A program made the position numbers and the translations under genes. Under the pieces are notes generated by a model, which was not told the origin of the DNA, ran no database searches, and saw nothing but the letters and a program-made list of their open reading frames with translations. Shown one piece after another: positions 24,137-37,200 of a stretch of DNA of 64,000 nt; within the stretch, counting starts at the first letter, position 1, and every line of letters begins with the position of its first letter. This DNA is from Mobula birostris (Eukaryota), in the NCBI RefSeq assembly GCF_030028105.1, contig NC_092372.1, forward strand, positions 101,436,687-101,500,686, given 5' to 3'.

Positions 24137-24860
24137 ACAGACACAAAATGCTGGAGGAACTCTGCAGGCCAAGCAGCAACCAGGAAAAGAGTACAGTCAA
24201 CGTTTTGGACCAAAACCCTTCAGCAAGACTGGAAAAAAAAAGCTGGGAGTAGATTTAAAAGGTGGGTGAAGGGGAGAGAGAAACACAAGGTGATAGATGA
24301 AACCTAAAGGGGGGAGTGGATGAAGTAAAGAACTGGGAAGTAAATAGGTAAAAGAGACAGAAGGCCATGGAGGAAAGAAAGGGGGGGGGGGAGAACACCA
24401 GAGGGAGGCATGGGTAGGCCAGGAAATAAGGTGAGAGAGGGAAAAGGGGATGGAAAACAGTGAAGGAGAAGGAGTGGGGGGGCATTACCGGAAGTTTGAG
24501 AAATCAATGTTCATACCATCAGGTTGGAGGCTACCCAAGTGGAATATAAGGTGTTGTTCCTCCAACCTAAGTGTGGCCTCATCACAACAGTGGAGGAGGG
24601 GCCATGGATAGACATATTGGAATGGGAATGGGAGGCAGAGTTAAAATGGGTGACCACTGGGAGATCCCACTTCCTTTGGCGGACAGAGCGTAGATGCTCG
24701 GCAAAGCGGTCTCCCAATCTACGTTGGGTCTCACTGATATCCAGGAAGCCACACCAAGAGCACCCGACACAGTATATGACCCCAACAGACTCACAGATGA
24801 AGGTGTCACCTCATATTCCATTTGGGTAGCCTCCAACCTGATAGCATACAACAATTTCTA
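24137..24860 (-). mobile_element. Penelope-like element 3' end: GIY-YIG endonuclease plus terminal repeat with mutated hammerhead
   Basis: LGDRFAEHLRSVRQRKWDLPVVTHFNSASHSHSNMSIHG..LRLEEQHLIFHLGSLQPDGMNIDFSNF; pyrimidine-rich UTR; CAGTC-TTGCTGA-AGGGTTTTGGTCC-AAAACGTT-GACTG (~24194-24231). Confidence 0.88.
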
Positions 24861-25199
24861 TTTACAAATTGTAGGGTATTTTGCTTCTGACACAGAAATA
24901 TATTTGTCTTGATTGTACAAAGTACTATAATGAAGATGAGTGGTTCTGCCACTCCTCTGCATCATTTAGTTAAGATATGTAATTATAATTTAGCATCCAT
25001 ATTTATATTATGCATGCAATCTGGTCAACAGAAAAGCAGATAAATACTTAATGATTTCATTCAAACATCAAGAGACACCTAGAAAGCAAAATATCCCTTG
25101 AGCCAAAACATTGAAAAAATGAGATAATAAATTATTGTATAATCATACATTGTTTTTCTGCAAGGCAACCATTATGGCAGAATCTTGATGCATCCTTTC

Positions 25200-26767
25200 T
25201 CTCAAAAGGAGAGCAATCCAATAAATGGTCATATCTTTCACAAAGGAAGGTAATTGTTGTTGCATGTCAATCATTTCAATCCTAGGACATGACTACAGCA
25301 GTTCTTCAGGGTGGTGTTTTAGATCCATCAATCTTCAGTTGCTAGGCAATAATTATCTCCAATAAGATGTAGGCTAATCACCTACCTTTGACAATACCAT
25401 GGTATTGGCGATGTATATATACTGTTTTTATAAAAGCAGTCGTATACGAATGTGTCCCCACAAAATCATTCAGATTCTTCCCCAACCAGAGCCTCTGGAT
25501 GAACCATGAGATTCACAGTCAGCTGAGGGTCAGATCAACTAACTCATGTGAGAAACGTGAATGACTGAAGTGTGTTTGACAGCTGTGGCAGGGCTTCAAT
25601 GCTTTCACCTCCTACGAAGTGAAATCAAGCAACATCGGTGACAACAAGGCTTCGTTTCCAGATGAGTGCAATGCCTTTATGCTTGCTTTTACTGACAAAA
25701 CATGAAGGAAACTTCACAAACACCCACAGTGCCCAAAGACCCTGTGGTTTCTGCCTCTGGGACCTACAGGAGAGCTTCCTTCAGGAGGGTGAACCCATGG
25801 AAAGCATCCAGCCCAGACAGGGTACATCCCTGAGTACTGGTCTACATGTTGATCAACAAGCCCGAGTGTTCACCTCATTAACCTCTTGCTTCAACAGTCT
25901 GAGGTACCCACCTGCTTCAAGCAGGTTCTAATTATACCAGTGCCTAATAAAAATGTGGTAACACACCTCGATGATGATCATCCAGTAGCACTTACATCCA
26001 CTGTGATGAAGAGCCTTGAGAGGTTGGTGATTAGACATATATCAACTGCATGATAAGTGACTTGGATCAGCTCCAATTTACCTACTGGCACAACAGGTTA
26101 ACAGCAGCTGCCATTTCATTGGTTCGTCACTCAACCCCGGAATATTTGGACAGTGAAGATGCAGACATCAGGATACTTTTCATTGAGTGCAGCTCAGCAT
26201 TCAATACTATCATCCCTTCAAAAGTAATCAATCAACTTCAAGACCTTGGCCTTAATACCTACATGTGTAACTGGATCTTTGATTTTCTCACTTGCAGACA
26301 CTAGTTGCTTTGGGACTGGCAACAACGTCTCCTCAATAATATCTATAACAACTCACAAGAAGCTTAACATCTTTCAGGACAAAAATGCCTTCCAGCTAGC
26401 TAAACAATCATTTACTCCTCCTATGACAGTGGCTGCAATTTGTACCATTCACAAAATGTACCATAATTACTTGCCTAGACTATTCTGACAGCACATCCCA
26501 AAACTACAATCTCTACCACCAAGAAAGACAAGGGTAGCTGGTGCTTAGGACACCACCACTTGCAGCTTCTTTCCAAGTGACACGTTGTAATTTGGAGAAA
26601 TATTAGTAATCCATTGTAGACACTGAGTCTAATCCCTGGGAATCTCCTACCAAAATCAAATAGAGATTTTTTTTTAGAAGGATCATGGTGGTTTCACAAA
26701 TTAGCTCACCACCACCTTCTAAAAGGCAATTAGGGATGGGCAATAAATGTTGATCTTGCTAGTGATG
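25200..26767 (+). mobile_element. Old CR1/L2-group LINE in two pieces (about 25200-25370 and 26430-26767), split by a Rex1-like insertion
   Basis: GCAGTTCTTCAGGGTGGTGTTTTAGATCCATCAATCTTCAG (GVPQGSVLGPTIF-like); 3' end GCTCACCACCACCTTCTAAAAGGCAATTAGGGATGGGCAATAAATG. Confidence 0.6.
25430..26350 (+). mobile_element. Rex1-like LINE internal RT fragment
   Basis: PVALTSTVMKSLERLV, LDQLQFTYWHNR, IRILFIECSSAFNTIIP, CNWIFDFLTCR. Confidence 0.8.
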
Positions 26768-27356
26768 TAAAGTCAGATTGCCCATCGTCAGTTAGAAGTG
26801 GATATGTAGGGTGACAGAGCCTTTTCTATCCATTTGTTTTGGGATGACTTACTGGACTAAACACTCTGGCACACAGGCCCCATCCTAAGTAACATCAAAT
26901 TTTGCTCCTGGCACACTTTTCCATGATCCCTATTGATCCCACGTTGGTTTCTTGGCTTAATAACGATAAGTACATTAACTCACAGGATGTGGTGATACAG
27001 AAATTGGTTGCTGCTGATGGCCCTCAAGCATCTGTTGGTAGCTAGGTCTATATAACTGGAGCTGACTTGAGTTGATTCTACAGCATGTTGAGAGTGCCAT
27101 GGCTCACTGGCACACCCTGCCCTTAATTGCAAACACTCTGTTACAACTTTCATTTCCTTGACTTATATTCCCAAAGAGGTTATTCTGAGTTAATTGCGTT
27201 GGCTGTCTCACTTGTGGTTTATTTAGAGGCTATGACGTGACAGGAAATCAGACCATGGTGTTCCAATAAATGATCTTGTCATTGTGGATCATGCTATGTT
27301 GGCATAACCTCAGCAGAAGTGAGATAAACTAGTCATAGTAACAGAGCTCCCATAAA

Positions 27357-27491
27357 ATCAAAGTTTATGGGGATAAGGCAGGAACTGGATACTGATAGTA
27401 GATGATCAGCGATGATCACAGTGAATGGCGGTGCTGGCTCGAAGGGCCGAATGGCCTACTCCTGCACCTATTGTCTATTGTCTATTGTCTA
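27357..27491 (+). mobile_element. CR1 3' UTR with tandem tail
   Basis: GGCTCGAAGGGCCGAATGGCCTACTCCTGCACCTATT(GTCTATT)n. Confidence 0.85.
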
Positions 27492-27724
27492 AAATCTCTG
27501 GTGAAGCTGAGTTGGCCATACAAGAGCAGATCTAATGAAATTCCAGAATGTCATGTCAGGGATAAAAGTTGCAATTATAACAGAAGGAAAAAAAGCAAAG
27601 GAAGAAAAATGACAAGAAACTAATAAATGGCAAACACTATTAAGTGCTGTTATAATCTTGAACATTACAGTACATCAGGCAACAATTCAAAAGTGTAATG
27701 CTCTCCATATAGAACTATGGAAAG

Positions 27725-28968
27725 ATGCTCCATAGAACATGGTTTTATAAAGGGCAGGTCATGTCTTACCAACTTGATTGGGTTTTTAGAGAAGGTGATG
27801 AGGGTCAGGCATTGGATGTTCGCTACATGGTTTTTAGTAAGGTGTCTGACAAAGTCCCTCATGCGAAGCTAATCCAGAAGATTAAAATGCATGGGGTCCA
27901 TGGCAAGTTGGCTGTTTGCGCATAGAAGACAGAGGGTAGTAGTTGAAGGAACTTATTCGAGCTGGAGGTCTGAAATTAGTGATGTTCTGTAGGGATCTGT
28001 ACTGGGACTTCTGCTGTTGGTAACATATATAAATGACCTGGATGAAAATATAGATGGTTGGCTTGGTAATTTGTGAATAATACCAAGATTGGTGGAGTTA
28101 TGGATAGTGTAGAAGACTGGCAAAAAATACAGCGCGATATAGTTCCGTTGCAGATATGGGCATAGAAATGGCAGATGGAGTTTAACCCAGATAAATATGA
28201 GGTGTTGCACCTTGGTAGAGAAAATGCAAGGGCAAATACACTGCTAAGGACAATTTTCATAACTGTATTGCTGAGCAGAGAGATCTTGGAATCCAAGTTC
28301 ATAGCTCCTTGAAAGTGGCTACACAGGTTGATAAGGTGGTTAAGGAGGCTTATGGAATGCTTGCTTTTATTAGTTGAGGCACAGAGTTCCAAAGTCAAGA
28401 GGTTGTGTTGAAACTTTATAAGACTCTGGTTAGACCACATCTGGAGTATTTCATATATTGCTGGTTGCCCCACTATAGGAAGGATGTTGAGGCTTTGGAG
28501 AGGGTGCAAATCAAAAACACCCAAAAGGTTTAGCAGGATGCTGCCTGGTTAAGAGGGTGTGTGCTATCATGACAGGCTTGGTAAACTTAGGTTGTTTTCT
28601 CTGGAATGGCAGAGGCTGAGGAGAGATCTGACAGAGGTTTATAAGAGGCATAGATAGGCAGTATTTGGTCCCAGGGTTGAAATGTTTAATATCAGAGAAC
28701 ATGCATTGAAGGTGAGGGGGGCATTTTCAGGGGGTAATTTTTTACTCTGAGAGTGGTGGATAACTGGAATCCACTGCCTGGCACGATGATAGAGGAAAAT
28801 ACATTAGAGGCTTTTAAGAGCTGTTTGGATAGGCACATGAATGTGAGGAAGATGAAGGGATGTAGACATTGTGTAGGTAGGAGGCATTAGTGTTTGGGTG
28901 TTTTAGCTGTAATGGCACAACCTTATGGGCCAGATGGCCTATTCCTGTGTTGTACTGTTCTATGTTCT
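27725..28968 (+). mobile_element. CR1 LINE, 5'-truncated (RT to 3' UTR)
   Basis: KGRSCLTNLI, YMVFSKVSDKVPH, WQMEFNPDKYEVLHLG, LYKTLVRPHLEY; tail GGCCTATTCCTGTGTTGTACTGTTCTATGTTCT. Confidence 0.88.
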
Positions 28969-31394
28969 CACTGAAAAAGAATAGTCTGAAGGATTGAATG
29001 TTTGGGAGAATAGATGCAAAGCATTTTCAGAGATGGTGCCAGAACAGAAGAAAAGCTCAATGAAGATGTCCAGAATGTTTGTACTTAAGCAGTGAGGGTG
29101 TAAGGCTATAGGAATTACTTAGGTTAGATCCACACCTAAACATAAAACATGGCAGAAAAATCAGCTAGAGGGAATTATATAATTGTGCAAATGCTTATTT
29201 AGATACACGTTTAAAAAGACCTTGAGTTCCCGACGCAAATTCCACAATGTGTCAGAACACTATGGCTAGGTACAAAAGCAGATAAAATACTGTCCTAATG
29301 TAGTAAGATCATGAGAGCACTGAAAAAGACAAATATTGCATTAGCAATTTCTGAGAAAACAATCTGCTGTGGATTATGATTGGCAAATGATTAATTGTTA
29401 ATAAAATATGTAATTATGGCACTGCACTGCTATAGGTTTTAGGTGTGTTAATCAAAATCACCCATTGTTCTTCACAGTTCACTACTAACCATCAGGCCAG
29501 AATGTGCACTGAATTATCAGCCTGCTGCTGATGATGTCATTTTTTCCCAGTGGCACTTGGGAGCAGTGAGGATTGCAGACATCATTCACAGCCAAGAGTA
29601 CAGATGTTTCTAATTGCTTTCCATTACCAAGAATAACAGCTGTTTATATCTATCAGCAAATAATTCACAAGAGCTCCAGACTGTTAGGATAACACTTCCC
29701 ACCTGGTCATCATCATACACTGTCAGGACAGAAGCCGTTCCCCCATCCCACACTCCCCGCCCCCTGTCCACAAGTATTATGCCTATACATATATGCTCAG
29801 CATCATCTTCAAGAATGTAAAAGATAGTTGTCCAAGGCGAACGTTTCATAGGTGCTTTATGCTTACGGACTATGGTTATAAATGAGGTTCAGAGGTCTTT
29901 TAGTCTCCAAAGGCAGCTTGTGATAACTGATCTACATTTCACCTTTACATCACTTTATTCATAAGATGACTTCCTGCCTCTTTGACTTTGTGCAGAAATA
30001 ATTGCATTTCAAGAAAAAGTAAATATACCAAAACTAAACTTGTAGTAATTATTATATTAGATTAAAAATTCTAGTTCTTTTAAACTGGGACCAGCCCAAT
30101 GGAAAATGGCATCACTGGGAAATAGATGAAAATCTTAATTTTCTGGTAAGTGATTTATCCATAACTATATAACTGTAGGTCAGCAGAGCTTCCCTTTGTG
30201 CTGATTTATTCTATTTGGCATCACATGATGGCTAGTGTTATAAATTGTGGAGAGTCCAATTGTTCCTTTAAACCAGGGTTCACTTAACATACTTTTTTCT
30301 AAATATTCAAGAAATTAGGGAGGTTAAATTAAAAGCAAATACTGAGTTAGTGAAGGGATAACCAAATCCTCCTGGTGGAAGATCCTGCCCAATATGCCCT
30401 TGTTGCCACAGGGACTTGTCAGCAAGAAGTGCACCTTTAACCAAAGGCATAAATGATGATGCCAAACTCATCCAGTTCTGTACAATAATAAGGGCAGCCT
30501 GTCACTCCTTCCGTGGCTTCAACCTGTTCCTTAACAGTAAGGAATCATGCTTTGGATAAACCCAGATTTTTTAAGACTTGTGAATTCTACTTGCTTTAAC
30601 ATTTTTCTAGAAATTTCACTGATGCTTAGAATGTCTTAATTTCTTAAGATTCAGTGCTTTTCGCTCTCCCATCCTGCTCCTTGTTATCGAAAATAAAAGT
30701 ACCTTTATTTGCAACTCAAGTACAAAGGCAGCAGCTTTCTTCCTGGATGGCAAGGCTGATGTGGAGCTCTGCCAACATGAGCAGAATGTCATTATGAGAA
30801 GAGGCTGCTGTGGGCTGCCATAATCAGGACAAATATATCACCATAAATGATGATAATAGACTTCATGGCAGATGACTCTGCATGAGCAGAAATTGGCCAA
30901 CCAAAGCAATATCTACAGAAAAATGTGAAATGATATACAACTGAAAGAGGGAGCAACATGTCACAGCTTAATCCGAGGCCTAAAGGTATAATGAGCAACA
31001 TGATGCCACATGATACACCATGATTTCACTTGGAAACAAATAATCAATATTTTTCAAAATTGTTTGCAGCATGAAGGGAAAAAATAACACCAGAAACAAT
31101 GAAGAAATTGAGGATATGGAATAGCAAACAATGGGTATAATTTCTACCCATAGGAGGATACTCTGATTGCTTAGAGTAACAAGGTGCTGAGCAAATAATT
31201 GTGCCACAAGTCGGATAGAAATTGTATCCCAGAGACCCTTCATTATTTCTTCTCTTAATACCACTCTTTGGTTTCCAAAATACAAATATGAGGACATTTG
31301 CAAATTGAAATGACCTAAACGTGTTATCCAGACCCAGTGAAACCATTGCTCACTGATCAGTGTCAACAGAGAGAAAAGTAATAGACACATTATT

Positions 31395-31720
31395 TATTAC
31401 TCATTTTTCTTGGGCCCTTAACTTCCAGTGGAGCAGAGATCATTGATGACCTCCCGTCTCCATCGTCCAAAGTTGATGGTTTGGTTGAAGTTCATCAATG
31501 TTCTGTAAATCATTGTATTCACTGTACAGGGGATTGGCCCAATTGGCCATCCTTACCCATTTCCACCCGTCACGACAGGGACATAGGATTGGACTCAAAG
31601 ATGCATTATTTGTTACTATGGCTCCAAAAATCTATAGTGGTGCACTATGGGCTGAGATACTTCCCTCTAGGAAGTTCACTGCTAACCCCATCCATGTCTA
31701 GTGCTCCAAGAGAATTTTCA
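31395..31720 (-). repeat. Possible RTE-related short element
   Basis: CCCTTAACTTCCAGTGGAGCA..GATGACC resembles a reversed RTE-type 3' end; weak. Confidence 0.3.
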
Positions 31721-32162
31721 GTGATTAACAATCTGCAGAGAATACATGCCACAGGACACCATCTTGGATACCTGAATAAAAAGTGAAATAGAGGAGAGCT
31801 GGACTATATTAGGAAAGGGGAGGGATGAAGGAAGAGGAAATCTCCATGACAGTTAAGTCACTTCGATATTCTTTTGCCAGACTCTAATATAACAACAATG
31901 GCATCTAATTTGTTAATTTGGCAACATTGTGCAAGATGAAATAAAAAGCTATTTTTCATTAGATATAATAACTATTCGTTGAAATGGTGTTTGTAATAGT
32001 GAATGGCAATTATTGTGCCTTTGGCAAGTTTTGTCTTGCAATGATCCTTAGCAACACCAAGCCTATTGATACGTGGTTGGTAAGTGCCTTTCCAAATTCA
32101 ACAATGTTTAATTTTAATCTTTAAAATAAAAAACCTTTAAGAAAACCTCTTAATGTATAAAG

Positions 32163-32241
32163 CAGGGTTCCCAACCTTTTTAATGCCATGGATCAACACC
32201 ATTAAGCAAGCAGTTTGTGGACCCCAGGTTGGGAATCCCTG
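32163..32241. mobile_element. 79-bp hAT/Charlie-like MITE
   Basis: TIRs CAGGGTTCCCAACCT / AGGTTGGGAATCCCTG; TA-centred 8-bp flanks (GTATAAAG / CTTTAAAT), imperfect TSD. Confidence 0.75.
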
Positions 32242-32484
32242 CTTTAAATATTCTTCTCTATATTGTCTCCAGAACTGACAATGGAAGGGCACTTATCAAC
32301 CATATAAGTTTGATGTTGCTGAGGAGCATTATAAGACTAAAATCGCCAAAGGCATGATCATTGGCATTAGAAATAAAATGAGTTTCATTGATCAGAGCCA
32401 TGGCATTAAGCAAACTCTTCCCCACAATATAGAACAGGCAATTGTTTCTTTGAAGACCCAGCTCTTTGCCTGCTTATATTGATG

Positions 32485-32803
32485 ATAAGCAGAAGGGTAA
32501 TGGTGCAAGTCTCTCAGAATAGATGCTGCTGAGGACCGATGTACTGAAGAGTTCAGTAATGGGACTCTGGTTATTTATTATTTATATCAATGGTTTGGAT
32601 GTGAATGCACAAGCCATGATCAGTAAGTGTGTAGATGACACAGAGTTAAGAAGTGCTGTTGATAGTGAAGAAGGTAATCATAGATTACAAACTGATATTG
32701 ATCAGTTATCGAAGTGGGCCAAGGTGTGGCAAATGAATTTCAATACAGATAAGCGTGAGGTGATACATTTTGGAAAGTTAAACCAGCATAGGACATACAC
32801 CAT
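32485..32803 (+). mobile_element. CR1 RT internal fragment
   Basis: LFIIYINGLD, ISKCVDDTEL, WAKVWQMNFNTDKREVIHFG. Confidence 0.8.
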
Positions 32804-32811
32804 GTCTTAGC

Positions 32812-34134
32812 ATAAGACATAAAAATTAAGATTATAGGAGCAGGTTTAGGCAATTCAACTCATTGAGTCTGCTCTACCAAATCATCATAACTAATTTATT
32901 ATCCCTCTCAACCCCATTCTCCTGCCTTCTTCCTGAAACCTTTGATGCCTTGACTAATGAAGACAATGTCAATTACCTATTTAAATGACTTGGCCTCCAC
33001 AGCCACCTGTAGCAATGAATTCCACAAATTCACTACTCTCTGGCTAATGAAATTCCTCCACATCTCTGTTCTAAAGGGACGTCTGTCTATTCTGAGGCTG
33101 CGCTCTCTGGTCCTAGTCTCCCTCACTATCGGAAAGATCCTCTCCACATTAACTCTATCTAGACCTTTCAATATTTGACAGGTTTAAATGAGAACCCACC
33201 TCATTTTTGTAAACTCCAGGAGACACAGGCACAGGACCATCAAATGCCCCTCATGTGTTAACCCTTTCACTTCTGAAATCATTCTCATGAACCTCCTTCT
33301 TTTCCAATGCCAGCACATCTTTTCTTGGATAAGAGGGCCAAAAACTGATCACCATACTGCAAGTGTGGTCTGACCACTCCCTTATAGAGTCTCAGCATTA
33401 CATCCTTGTTTTTATATTCTAGTCTTCTCAAAATGAATGCTAATATTGCACTTGCCTTCCTTACAACTGACTCAACCTGCAAGCTAACCTTTAGGAAATC
33501 CTGCACAAGGACTCCCAGGTCCCTTGGCACCACTGACTTCAGAATTTTCAGCCCAATTAAAAATTAGTCATGCCTTTATTCCTTCAACCACAGTACACAA
33601 CCACACAGTTCCCTACGTTATATTTTATCTGCCACTTCCTTGCCCATTCTCCCAATCTGTCTAAGTCCTGTTGTAGACACCCTGCTTCCTCAACACTACC
33701 TGTTCCTTCACCTATCTCATATCATCCACAAACTTGGCTACAAACCCAACAATTCTGTCATCCGAATCATTGACATATAACATGAAAAGAAGTGGTCCCA
33801 CTACCAACCCCTGCAGAACATCTTTAGTTACCAGCAGCCAACTAGAAAAGTCCCCCTTTATTCCCACTCTTTGTTTCCTGCCAGTCAGCCAATCTGCTAT
33901 CCATGTTAGTATCTTTCCTGTAACATCAGGGACTCTTACCTTCTTAGGCAGCCTCTTTCGCAGCACCTTGTCAAAGGCCTGAAATCCAAGTAAGCAACAT
34001 CCACTGACTCTCCTTTGTCTATCCTGCTTGTTATTTCCTCAAAAAATTCCAATCATTTTTGTCAGCCAATATTTCCCCTGAAGAAAATCCATGCTGACTT
34101 TGGCCTATTTTATCATGTGCCTCCAAGTACTCCA
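32812..34134 (-). mobile_element. CR1 LINE 3' portion (continues at 36427-36530 beyond a nested CR1)
   Basis: WIADWLTGRKQRV, VAKFVDD, RDLGVLV, MWRNFISQRVVNLWNSL; continuation EDWKIANVTSLFKK..NYRPV. Confidence 0.85.
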
Positions 34135-36426
34135 AACCATAGAAAACCTACAGCACAATACAGGCCCTTCGGCCCACAGAGTTGTGCCGAACACGTCACT
34201 ATCTTAGAAATTACTGGACTTACCTATAGCTCTCTATTTTTCTAAGCTCCATGTACCTATCCAAAAGCCTCTTAAAAGACCCTAACATATCTGCCTCCAC
34301 CACCATTGCCGGCAGCCCATTCCACGCACTCACCGCTCTCAGAGTAAAAAACTTACCCCTCCCATCTCCTCTGTACCTACTCCTCAGCACCTTAAGCCTG
34401 TGTCCTCTTGTGGCAACCATTTCAGCCCTGGGGAAAAACCTCTGACTATCCACATGATCAATCATCTTATACACCTCTATCAGGTCACCTCTCATCTTCC
34501 TTTGCTTCAAGGAGAAAAGGCTGAGTTCACTCAACCTGTTTTCATAAGGCATGCTCCCAATCCAGCCAACATCCTTGTAAATCTCCTCTGCACCCTTCCA
34601 CATCCTTCCTGTAGCGAGGCAACCAGAACTAAGCACACTACTCCAAGTGGGGTCTGACCAGGGTCCTATATAGCTGCAACACTCCCTCTCAGCTCCTAAA
34701 TTCAATTCCACAACTGATGAAGGCCAATACACAGTATGCCTTCTTAACCAGAGTCAACCTGTGCAGCTGCTTTGAGTGTCCTATGGACTGGGACCCCAAG
34801 ATCCCTCTGATTCTCCACACTGCCAAGAGTCTTACCATTAATACTATATTCTGCCATCATATTTGACCTAACAAAATGAACCACCTCACACTTATTTGGG
34901 TTGAACTCCATCTGCCACTTCTCAGCCCAGTTTTGCAACCTATCGATGTCCCACTGTAACCTCTGACAGCCCTCCACACTATCCACAACACCCCAACCTT
35001 TGTGTTATCAGCAAATTTACTAACCCATTCCCCCCACTTCCTCATCCAGGTCATTTATAAAAAGCACGAAGAGAAGGAGTCCCAGAACAGATCTCTGAAG
35101 CACACCACTGGTCACCAACCTCCATGCAGAATATGTAATATGTCCGATCTACAACCACTCTTTGCCTTCTGTGAGCAAGCCAATTCTGGATCCACAAAGC
35201 AAGGTCCCCTTGGATCCCATGCCTCCTGACTTTCTCAATAAGTCTTGCATGGGGTGCCTTGCTGACATCCATATACACTACATCTATGGCCCTACCTTCA
35301 TCAATGTGTTTAGTCACATCCTCAAAGAATTCTATCAGGCTTGTAAGGCATGACCTGCCCTTGACAGCCATGCTGGCTATTCTTAATCATATTATACCTC
35401 TCCAAACGTTCATAAGTCCTGCCTCTCAGAATCTTCTCCATCATCTTACCAACCACTGAAATACGACTCACTGGTCTATAATTTCCTGAGCTACCTTTAC
35501 TCCCTTTCTTGAATAAAAGGACAACATCCGCAACCCTCCAATCCTCCGGAACCTCTCTCGTCCCCATTGATGAATCAAAGATCATCGCCAGAGGCTCAGC
35601 AATCTACTCTCTTGCCTCCCACAGTAGCCTGGGGTACATCTCATCCGGTCCCAGCGACCTATCCAATTTGATGCTTTCCAAAAGCTCCAGCACATCCTCT
35701 TTCTTGATATCTATATGCTCAAGCTTTTCAGTCTGCTACAAGTCATCAGTACAATCACCAAGATCCTTCTCCATAGTGAATACTGAAGTAAAGTATTCAT
35801 TAAGTACCTCTGCTATTTCCTCCGGTTCCATACACACTTTCCCACTATCACACTTGATAGGTCCTATTCTTTCATGTCTTATCCTCTTGCTCTTCACATA
35901 CTTGTAGAACGCCTTGGGGTTTTCCTTAACCCTGCCCGCCAAGGCCTTCTCATGGCCCCTTCTGGCTCTCCTAATTTCCTTCTTAAGCTCCTTCCTGTTA
36001 GCCTTATAATCTTCTTGATCTCTAACATTACCTAGCTCTCTGAACCTTTTGTAAGCTTTTCTTTTCTTCTTGACTAGATTTATTACAGCCTTTGTACACC
36101 ACAGTTCCTGTACCCTACCATAACTCCCCAGTCTCATTGGAACCATGCAGAACTCCACACAAATATCCCCTGAACATTTGCCACATTTCTTCCGTGCTTT
36201 TCCCTGAGAACATCTGTTCCCAATTTAAGCCTCCAATTTTCTGTATGATAGCCTCATAATTCCCCTTACTCCAATTAAACGCTTTTCTAACTTGTCTGTT
36301 CCTATCTCTCTCCAATGCTATTGTAAAGGAGATAGAATTATGTTCACTACATCCAAAATGCTCTCCCACTGAGAGATCGGACAACTGACCAGTTTCATTT
36401 CTCAATACCAAATCAAGTACAGTCTC
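34135..36426 (-). mobile_element. Younger CR1 LINE (end of endonuclease, RT, 3' UTR), nested in an older CR1
   Basis: LDLVLRNETG, NYRPVSRISVVGK, VYMDVSKA, KFADNTK, WQMEFNP; same subfamily as 41650-43960. Confidence 0.92.
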
Positions 36427-36789
36427 TGACTGGCCTATAATTTCTAGACTTCTGCCTTCCTTGCTTCTTAAAAAGTGAAGTGACGTTTGCAATTTTCCAG
36501 TCCTCCAAAACCATTCCAGGATCTAGTGACCTAGGATAGGGGAGACCAAAACACAGAAATAAGCATTTGGAATGAGGGGAGAAAGATTTAAAAGGGATCT
36601 GAGGGGTCAAAGTACAACATGAGTGCTATCTCTTCTTCCTCTTCACTCACCATTCTACAAACAGTCTTCATTCCCTAGTAACACTTCACTTCCTGATCAG
36701 TGCGTTTCTCAAGATATCTTCATGATTTTCATTCCTCAGTTCATGTATAGGACAACCACCAGAAAGCATGTGACATACCTGCCTTCCTC

Positions 36790-37200
36790 AGTTTGGGCAT
36801 TCAGTATAGACATTCAGGAGTCATGTTGCAGTTGTATAAAGCTTTGGTTGGGCTACATTTGGTGTAAACTTCTGATCACTTCATTTTCGGAAGGAGATGG
36901 TGGGTTTGGGGAAGGTGCAGCAGAGGCTCACCAGAATATGATCTGAATTAAAGAACATTAATGATAAGGAAAGGTCGGGCAAAGTTAGTTTATTTTCTCT
37001 GGAGCATCCAAGGCTGAGGAGAAGCCTGATAGAAATATATAAAATAAGGGCAGAGGGTTAAGTTACAGGGACATAAATTTGAAGTAATTGATGGACAGAT
37101 TAAAAATAAGATGAGGAAAGACATTACCTTGAGATTGGTAGCGGTCTGGAACACCACCCGAAAGAGGCAACGCATTTGAAAAGAGTTGGATGTTTACATG
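36790..37200 (+). mobile_element. Old CR1 3' remnant
   Basis: MLQLYKALVGLHL, GCAGCAGAGGCTCACCAGAATATG, TTTTCTCTGGAGCATCCAAGGCTGAGG. Confidence 0.65.

Noticed and set aside
27976-28524. 182-aa minus-strand ORF and similar ones (35509-35907, 40289-40915, 42174-42572, 43465-43980)
   Set aside because: Antisense shadows of CR1 ORFs.
30412-30536. Possible 125-nt coding exon (DLSARSAPLTKGINDDAKL..)
   Set aside because: Weak polypyrimidine tract, no recognisable protein and no partner exons; kept only as part of a low-interest finding.
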